From Eledone cirrhosa (taxonomy: Eukaryota): a stretch of 64,000 nt of DNA. Each line of letters begins with the position of its first letter. The first letter of the stretch is position 1. The stretch spans positions 62,001 through 126,000 of the forward strand of contig CAXHJY010000702.1 of assembly GCA_964016885.1 (NCBI GenBank), given 5' to 3'. Shown here piece by piece: positions 54,992 through 64,000 of this stretch. Under the pieces are notes generated by a model. That model ran no database searches. It saw only the letters and a program-made list of their open reading frames with translations, and was not told the DNA's origin. The position numbers were made by a program, and so were the translations under genes.

Positions 54992-57738
54992 TAATTCTCT
55001 TGACTAAAAATGATTGTTTCAATTAATGTCTCATTAAAGTTTAGGTTGAGGAATGTGTCCTTGAAATATAGGTATCGGCACATCAATTTTGGGAAAATTG
55101 CATAAGGCTTCTGTAACAAAATAAATTTGGGACAATTAGCATGGAAGCATAAATGAGTTTCGAGGACATTGTATATAATGTATCTATAGAAAAACTTTCA
55201 ACTCAAAGCTCAAAGTAGACACTTTCAACATCACAAATATGATAGAATCCATTATTAAGAATCAACTTCATTGAAACCACGATCCCTTTTCTTGTATCAT
55301 ATGCCAAGAATTTCTGGTCTTTGAGATATTTGGCAAGCAAAAGTTTGTAATTGACATCACTAAAGCTTTCATCTGTCTTTCATACGAGAACCTTCCAGCA
55401 AAGATACACAATTGTGGTTATATATCGCTCTTTTTTATTCACAAATTTTCTGTCAGACAACAGTATTGTAACACAATTGTACTTTGATGCATGGTCTTCT
55501 TCTTAGCACTGTTACAAAATGTAGTGATAGCATCAGGACTATGCATGTCATGATACCCCTTCAGTGTCGGTAGCCAGCCCCATCTTATTTCATGGGCTCA
55601 CTGGGCTGTTGTTTGTGACCTGTAGTTTTAGGGAACCAACATTAAATATGAAACAGAAATATTAAATTTCATACTATCACAGTTGTATTGGTGACTGAAG
55701 CAGGTTAGGGCTCCAAGTATATTACTGTGCCTGGAGGCATCAAATATACTTAAGATAGATCTGTAGGTATGCAGATATCATTATGTTGTAGGTTGTGTAT
55801 CTTCCTCTGTACCATTGTCCTGGCTGATCAAAGCAGCTGACAAATAAAATAACCATAGCACACTGGAGTATAAAAGTAATCTCATATATGGGTATAGTAC
55901 TCTAATGTAGAGCAGCCTACTCTTTCTAGAGGGTGAAAAATTTGGGAAGTAATGTAAAATCATCATATATTGCAGATGCTTAGCATAGTTTGAGAGATGT
56001 AGCCATGTTCTTTTGAAGTAGGGTGGGTGAAGATTATTTCCTTGATAATATGTAAACACAACACGTGTTCATTTTTATATGTGTATACATCTAAATACAC
56101 ATGTATATATTAGATGCATATACTTATACAAAAACTGATTCCAACTACTTGCAGTCATATGTATTCTGTTATCAACAACACATATTTGCATTTAATTGAG
56201 CAGATATAGATTTTGTGTGGTTAGTGTACATTTGCTAATAGCAGATATAGTAGCTAGATTTATAACAATCACGACAGTAGTGTCTATAGAAAAATCAAGG
56301 GAATCAATACTGAAACCGATACTCTTTCGGAATTAACTGCTGTACACTCTCATATTGATAGGTGAGATTGGTGTAAATTTCACCCTTTTACTTTTCTCCC
56401 CCCTCACAAGAGTTGTTTCCTGCAGTATTTTGTGATAAGAAGGTTCCTGAAGGTTCTCCGATTACTTTCAAAATGATGCACAATTTGAAAGGTAGACATA
56501 CATGCTGAGAGAAGTGAAACTGTCTTCAATGATCTCTATTTCTACCTTCTTTTTTGTCCTATTTGTATCACTCTCTCTATGTTTCTGTATCTACCAGTCA
56601 TGTTTTCCCTTTCTCACCCATCCTCCATATATTAGCTACTAGTTTTACTTTACCTTACTTCAACCTCAACTGCTTCTACCACTCTTATCATTGTAATTCC
56701 CTTCTCTGTTTTGTTTTCACCGTGCATGAGTGCTGCTGATATATACATATAGTTTCTCTCCATTTCTCTTTCTCCACCTGTTTCATTATCACAGAATTTC
56801 TGTCTGTCTATCTGACTTTGTCTCTCACTCTCTATCTCAGTTTGTCACTTTCTCTACCTCAGGTTTTGTCTTTCTCACTCTCAATCTCTCTTTATCTCTT
56901 ATTTTCTTCCTTTCTCAATAGCTTAGTCTTTATATCTGCATCTCTGATTCAATCCATCTGTATTTATTTATCTCTGTCTCAGTGCAACTCTCTCTCACTG
57001 TTTTTTGTTTCTCTCTCCCTACTCATACTCATAAACATTTTTTATCCATGTCTCTTGATTTTGATCTCACATTTCCCTTCATATTTTCCATCACCATTTC
57101 TTTCCTATACATTACCTTGGTTTTGAGTATGCATGTATGTTTATATATATATATATATAGTAATAATAAATTTGAAGACTAAAATCCAAATATATATATA
57201 AAGATTCTCTTTGATCAGATAATATTGGTTGTTCAATCTTCAAATAACCCAGAATTTAGATAATTATCCTTGCAATTTATGTCAGATATATAATTCTTGA
57301 TTTTACTTCATTGCATTGCACAAATAGACATGTATGCATACTTATATTCATGTGTGACTGTGTGTGCGTGCGCGTGTGTGATTATGTGTGTGATTGTCTG
57401 TTTCTGTATAGGTGTTTATCTATGTGTTTGTCTGCCTATCCCTGTCTGTGCATGCCTCTCATTGTGTATGTCTGTGTGTGTGCCTGTGTGTGTTTCTCTG
57501 TATTGTCTTGTTATTATATGAATAATGATTTAATACAAGGTGGCAGATATTGTGTTTAACAATAAAAATTTCTGTTGTTTCCAATCAGACTAATTCTTAA
57601 TAATTCCAAGCTGTGTTGAAATTTTGAAAACCTTGTATTTTCCCATGTTGGTATACTTCTAATTACATTTGGGGCACACGCACATGTACATGTACACATA
57701 CACAAAATTATGCTACCATCTATAAATAAATAAAAATG

Positions 57739-57789
<51 letters not shown>

Positions 57790-58859
57790 TACACACACAC
57801 ATATATGTATATACATATCTAGAGAAATAGATAGATACATATAGATACACATACACCTACACAGTGGCATTTATTTGCAAGGTAATAGCAGTATTACAAG
57901 CATTTCTTACCACCATGTTATTAGAACTATTTCCCTATTTTCCTTTAAACACTAAACTAGTACGTAATTGTCTTAATTGTCCACTTGTTACAGAGGGACA
58001 ATTTGATGCAAATGTGTTTGAATCTGTTTTCAAACAATATCAAGTCTCTTTGTTTGGAAGGTATTATTTTTACAGCTATAATATGGACAAGTGTTGTATT
58101 TCATAATTCTAGAACATCATGTCTTCTATACAATGATGGGCCTCTATCACATATATGTTGTTTATGTAATGATGATGTTATTGTCAGTGAGATTTTGCTT
58201 GTTTAGCAAAATCACAGTTATACATATTTGCTTCAAAGATGATTTTTCATAACATATTTTTGTAGAAATGGTGTTACAGTAAATGTGTATTTTATTAAAG
58301 ATAGTCATTCAGAAAACATGTATGTGTTCAAGCTAATGATGGAAACACAATGAGGTTTCTACTTGTTTTACCCTTTTCATATCAACCCAACTGAAAATGG
58401 CAATGGTTCTATAATACAAAACCATTTATACACTTCCATGATGGAATTACTAATGAAATGCCATCTATTGAGGGATTTACTAAACTTATTAATTATTCTA
58501 TTACAAAGAGAGTAATTCAACATATGGTTCTTAAATCTAATTATGTTTGGACATTTTAATTTAAATTGGAACACTTTAAAACATGTGGTTTTGTTTCATA
58601 GAATAAGAGCTGGTTTTGGTCTGGTTAGAATCAAAAGGATTAATGTGTTTATATTTATTTGAAAATATTCCATCATAATTTTATGCAGGAAGCTTTATTA
58701 TACAAAACAACAATATACCTCTGGTTTTTATAATGGGTATATTCTTGTTTAATCAGGTATTCGTGCCAGCCCTTACCTATTTTCATGAATCTTGGGTGAT
58801 GACTGAAAGAATATGTTCAAGAATACAAGCAGCCAGAATGGCGTTCCTCCAAAAAGTCT

Positions 58860-59200
58860 GTGGAGTAATGTTAATAAGAGAATGAGTAGCTCAGGGACCA
58901 GAGAGTCACTCTAGATAGTGCTGCTGCTTCTCCAAATTGAGAGATTACAGCTACACTATTATGGGCATGTGCTTAGAATGTCTCAGGAAAGAATCACAGG
59001 ACAGATTTTACTGATGAAACCAACCGGCAGGTGCCCTAGAGGGTAGACTATGATCAAGATTGTTGGATAACATCTATGAGCTTGGTTGGTCCCACTTGGA
59101 GATCCAGCCAGATCAATTGGAAACAGTTGCTTCTGACAGGACCCTCTGGAAGGGCTGTTTGAGGACTCTGCCCCCACAAACTCTTCAGGAATAAGTGGAT
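58860..59200 (+). mobile_element. Old RTE-like 3' remnant (similar remnant at about 42250-42490)
   Basis: Degenerate QL.YYGHV.RMSQER...P.G..PRGR motif shared between the two loci. Confidence 0.45.
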
Positions 59201-61604
59201 GAAGAAGCTTTATTATATTCCAAACACAAGCTTAATAATCAGAGAATTAATTTACTAAATTCCTCTAACTTTCTAATGGTTTTCAACATTTTCTGAAAAC
59301 CATCGGCAATGTATTTAATCAGAAATATGGCTTAATCACAATTATACATATTTGCTTACAGAAGAAAATTAGTTCGACAAAAAAGATTTGTTCTCTATAT
59401 TATTTAGATTTTTTGTGCTTACAATTGTGGCTTGTTTTTGTTTGTGTTTGAGTAATTCGTATTACAACTGAATTATTTCCCCTTCCTGTCACTAACCCAT
59501 TGACTATAACATAGTGACACATTTGGTTTTATTTTTTATTAGTCAGGCAAACTGAAGCAATCCTACTTATCAGCCTTTCTCAATGACATACATAACATGG
59601 CCATCATTATTTCCTTGATTTTTTAACGATACATAAATATTCTGTGTAACAGTATAATTATTGTTGTGGTATTATTGAGTTTATGGTTTGTTACATTAAC
59701 CATCGCAACATTTTAAGACAGTTGGCAGCTGTTGATACAAATATGTATCATTATGGACTTGGTAATTATCATAGATAAAAATTTCTAATACATGACATTA
59801 TTTTTTTATATTTTCTGTTGATACTTAACAATTTGAACATTGTCAGGACAGTATTCTTGTTTCAATGATGTTTGATTATATCTTGTCAGCCCATTATTCT
59901 ATTTTGCTTTACACTTTGGTGGTTAGAATGTTAGACTCTGATCATAAGTACATGTGTTTGAATCCTGAACTGGTAGGCACATTGTGTTCTTGGGCAAGAT
60001 AATTCCTTTCATGATTTTCATGTTGAGAAACCATCTATGAGTTGCAATGTCATAAAAGTCTAGGTGAACTGATATAGTTGTGTGCTGTAAATTTCACATG
60101 GATCAATGATCATTTTATATCCTTACTTCAGGAGGATATTGCTATCATTTTTGCCAATTTCATACATGTATCTTTTTTTATAGGTTTAATTGATGAATAT
60201 TATTTATTAGTGCTTTTCATGTGAATGCCTAGTGTTGCAACTCCACCTACATCAGACCTCAGAATTTAAACGTTTAATACTAAAGTTTCACAGGTCTATG
60301 AAAGATATTTGATGCTATTGTAGAATATTTATTTTGATGTATTATCAAATTCTTCTGCATATATTGATTCTAATAAATTAGTTTCATTCTTGGACAGGTA
60401 CATTTTGCTTATCTCCATCAGCATTCTGTGCCCATCCTCATCATTTCATCTACCATTTTTTCTAGGACAACATTATTCAATGTCTCCTTTCTTTTCATAA
60501 GGGAATAGGGTGAAGGTTAAAGGACATTTTCCTACTATTTCTAAAAGGTTGAGTGAGATCATAGTCTCTCCCTCTGCTTGTCTTAATGTGTTTACTTAAA
60601 TACCCCTCTTTAATAAAAACTCATTCATTGTATATACCTGTATATATGTGGCATGATTTTCCTAAAGAATACATGATAAACCAGCATCTGACTTATCTAC
60701 TGATCCTACAAAACCTTGATGCAAAATGTAAGGTACACTATCTTCTTGTGTATATATTCTAGATGAATATATATTATTTTATGTTTTTGAGAGATGGGTA
60801 TTTTTCTGAAATTAACTTTGACATGACTATGGTCTATTCTGTTACCAGGTATAATTCTGCAGTCATAGACACATTTTCTGTGTTCCACCTATCTCACTAA
60901 ACTTCCATGGGGTAAATATCATAAGTGTATAAGGTCCATCATTACTGAATGCTTGGGCTTCTTATTGTAACTCTCATAATTTAACTTTATATATTGCAGA
61001 TGGTTTTCCTGTAGTTGTCATTGAACTATTTCCAATGAAATCGTATGCTTGATTAATCAGCATTAAATTTCAATTTGTTCTTGGCATATATATTTTGATT
61101 GGACTTAATACTGAGATTGTTAGCTAACATAGTCTAGATTTGTGCAGATCTAGCTATGAGTGCTTGGCATTGCACCAAATTATTGACTGGCTGTATTTCA
61201 AAAATGTGATCACATCTCACTTATGTATTAGAATTTATTCAAAGTAGCATCTTCTAAGTACTCTAAAAATAATAATAAATGTAGCCATTTAGAGGGAATC
61301 TAGAAAAGGAAAAAAATTAGAATAATTTTAAAATAATACTTTTAAAAATTATATCAATTTATAGTATCATAATATACTGCAAAATTAAAATAAATATAGT
61401 TAAATGAAGGGTGTTAAGTTTTGATTATTTTCAGAAGAATATTCTCCGTATGATTCCTGATTAGTTATTTCGTACATACAGATAAATTAAGTGTACAAAA
61501 CAGTAGGATCTTATTAATTTACTGCAGTAAGTATTTGAGGAATTTTATCACCATTTCCAAGATTGTATCACTTGATATGAATGGTATTATTTATACGAAA
61601 TTCA

Positions 61605-61800
61605 GGGCAGTGGATTGGCAGAATCGATAGAGCGTCAGACAACATACTTAGCGGCATAAAGTTCAAATTTTGCAGAGGTTAGCTTTGCCTTTCATCCTTG
61701 TGCGGTCGATAAAATAAAGCACCAGTAATGAACTGGGGTCGATATAATCGATTTTCACCTCCCCAAAATTGCTGGTCGTGTGCCTATAATAGAAATCATC
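61605..61800 (+). mobile_element. tRNA-derived SINE, family A
   Basis: Diverged match to the family A core. Confidence 0.75.
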
Positions 61801-63163
61801 AATTATAATAAATTAACATGGTTATGAAGAAACACTTCTAATAATTGTACCAAAACTGTTTGTGAGTTATAACTTGTAAAATCAAAAGGTCACAATTGTT
61901 ATCTAACTGATTCTCATTTAGATTCATGGTATGGTTAGAAATGTGCCTTCAAGCATATTCCTCATAATCATCACCTTTTAATGTCAGTACTTAGAGGCTA
62001 CTGTCCTCTTAGATAGGCCTAGGACCATATCTGACTTGCATACATTAAGATTCTCTATATTAAACTTAAGGTTCATTTCAAACATAGAACCTCATCAACC
62101 TGGAATATAGCCTGGTTTTATGTGACATTAAGCAACAGAATACAAATTAGGATGACAGCACACCAGAATTTGAAATCCCAGTCATTGTTGCTATCATTTT
62201 TCAGCTGATTGAATTTGGTATATGAAGAAGAGAAACATTATGCTTCAAAGCAGCATGCATTTCCTAGTCTGGGGATCAAATCCATGACCTTAAAATTGTG
62301 AGATCAACCCACTAATAATTGGGTGTGCATCTTCACTTTCAGAATATTTATATGTCTATTACTATCTAAAATATACATAATATATTCTCTGCTAGTGTAA
62401 ATTTGACACACATGATTTTGTGTGTTGGACCTTCAATGACATGTGCTCCAGATTTTTTATCAACATTTTATCTGGTCACCCAATTAATATGCAAGTGGAT
62501 GTGCATTCCACAATCAGGGGTACCCATAACATACTTCTTAGAGAGATTCATGACATGGTGTGTGTGGTAAAGCAGGCTATTTTAATTGCAGCTACATTTC
62601 TTTTTTCCAACTGAGTGTACTGGAGCAATAGGAAATAAAGTGTCTTCCTCGGAGACTCAATGCACCACCTGTAAACTAAAATACAGCCTTGTAATAGTGA
62701 GTAAACACTCCAATCACTAAGCTATGTACATTGATATTTAAGATTACAACACCTAAAGAGAACATATCAATCTAACAACTGGGGGTCCTGTGATTGTGAA
62801 CTAGCCTATATCCAGTTCATCTAAAATGTATTCTTGGGCAAGTCTAGAATGTTCCTTTACATGGAATATACATCTGTCAGTTTCAATGATGAATGTTCCA
62901 GTAGGTCAGTCATTAGAATAGTCTGTTTGTGAACGTAACGTGCAAGGGGCTGAACAGTCCATGGACATGTATACCCTTAATTCTGCATGACACAGTGTGT
63001 GACATGTGTGACCCTTTGTTTTAAAGTGCAGTCTGTCTACCCAATTTCATTCAGAGGTACAGTTCATCAAGGACCAGATTTAGACCATGGAGGGCTCAGG
63101 GCATTTCGGCTTTGGCAGGAAACTCATATCCCAACACCCACACCTACACACCCACATATATTA

Positions 63164-63209
<46 letters not shown>

Positions 63210-63518
63210 AGCAGAAAGAGAGAGAAAAGGGGACCCTTTTTGAAGAAGTGGGCTCAGGACAATTGCTCTTACTGCCCTGAGTCTATCTACTCAATTTTAC
63301 TCACAAGGATTAGGTCAACTCTAGTCTATGCTAAATAATGTTTCCCCAAGAAGTCATGCTATTGGTTTGAATTGGGGACCTTATGATTATGAAGCATGCT
63401 TAACCTATTGACCACTCTGTATCCACATTTTCTATATATATAAGTAAATATGTGTCATGAAGTTCTGATTATTACTGAGGAATATTTTTATTCAATAGTT
63501 CTATTATTATTATTTTTA

Positions 63519-63742
63519 AGGGTGATGGATTGGCAGTATCAGTAGAAGGTCGTACGCCATGCTGTACAGCACAGAGTTACGGCCCTTTATAATCTGAATT
63601 CAAATCCCGCCGAGGTTAACTTTGCCTTTCATCCTTACGGGGTCGATGAAATGAAGCACCAGTAACGTACTGGGTTGATTTAATCAACTTTCCTCTCCCA
63701 AAAATTACTGGCCATGTGCCTATACTAGAAAACATTATTTTT
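63519..63742 (+). mobile_element. tRNA-derived SINE, family A
   Basis: A box, B-box variant and core present. Confidence 0.85.
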
Positions 63743-63774
63743 AAGAACGATAATAGTGTTGTGGATTCTCAATA

Positions 63775-63972
63775 ATGGTGAAGTGCCAGACATAATTTGC
63801 AACATAGTTATGTCCCTTTATCTTCTGAGTTCAAATCATGTTGAGCTTAGCTTCTTCTTTCAGCAATACGGAGTCGATAAAATAAAGCACCAGTAACATA
63901 CTGGGATCAATTTTATCGACTTTCCCCTCCCCCAAATTCCTGACCTTGTGCGTAAATCAGAAAGCATTATTT
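63775..63972 (+). mobile_element. tRNA-derived SINE, family A (older copy)
   Basis: GAGTTCAAATC and GGAGTCGATAAAATAAAGCACCAG. Confidence 0.7.
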
Positions 63973-64000
63973 CTAGTAGGATTGTGTTGTGAAATATTGT

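Noticed and set aside
59011-59020. CTGATGAAAC hammerhead-like word
   Set aside because: It lies inside a degenerate RTE coding remnant and has no flanking stems.

Overview
AT-rich eukaryotic (animal) genomic DNA, most plausibly an octopus or other cephalopod. That assignment is inferred only from the repeat families present. Nearly all ORFs in the supplied track are translations of microsatellites (YI/MYVC/HT/ER runs), not genes. Bases 1-27.5 kb are a nest of retroelements inserted into long, impure (TA)n/(TATG)n tracts. The nest holds a 310-bp tandem array in which every unit carries a minimal type I hammerhead ribozyme (HHR) inside a highly self-complementary unit, which fits a candidate non-LTR retrozyme / circular-RNA locus. 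It also holds several Penelope-like elements (PLEs): one near-full-length Naiad-like copy, GIY-YIG fragments, and HHR-bearing pLTR fragments, several of them folded back as perfect palindromes. RTE LINE fragments, an R4/Dong-like RLE element and a bipartite non-autonomous RTE derivative complete the nest. Bases 27.5-64 kb are ordinary intron-like or intergenic sequence with tRNA-derived SINEs, old LINE remnants, a MITE and a twin-primed RTE-X insertion. There may be a host-gene promoter and first exons near 27.5-28.2 kb (low confidence). All calls were made by eye; no searches or folding programs were run.
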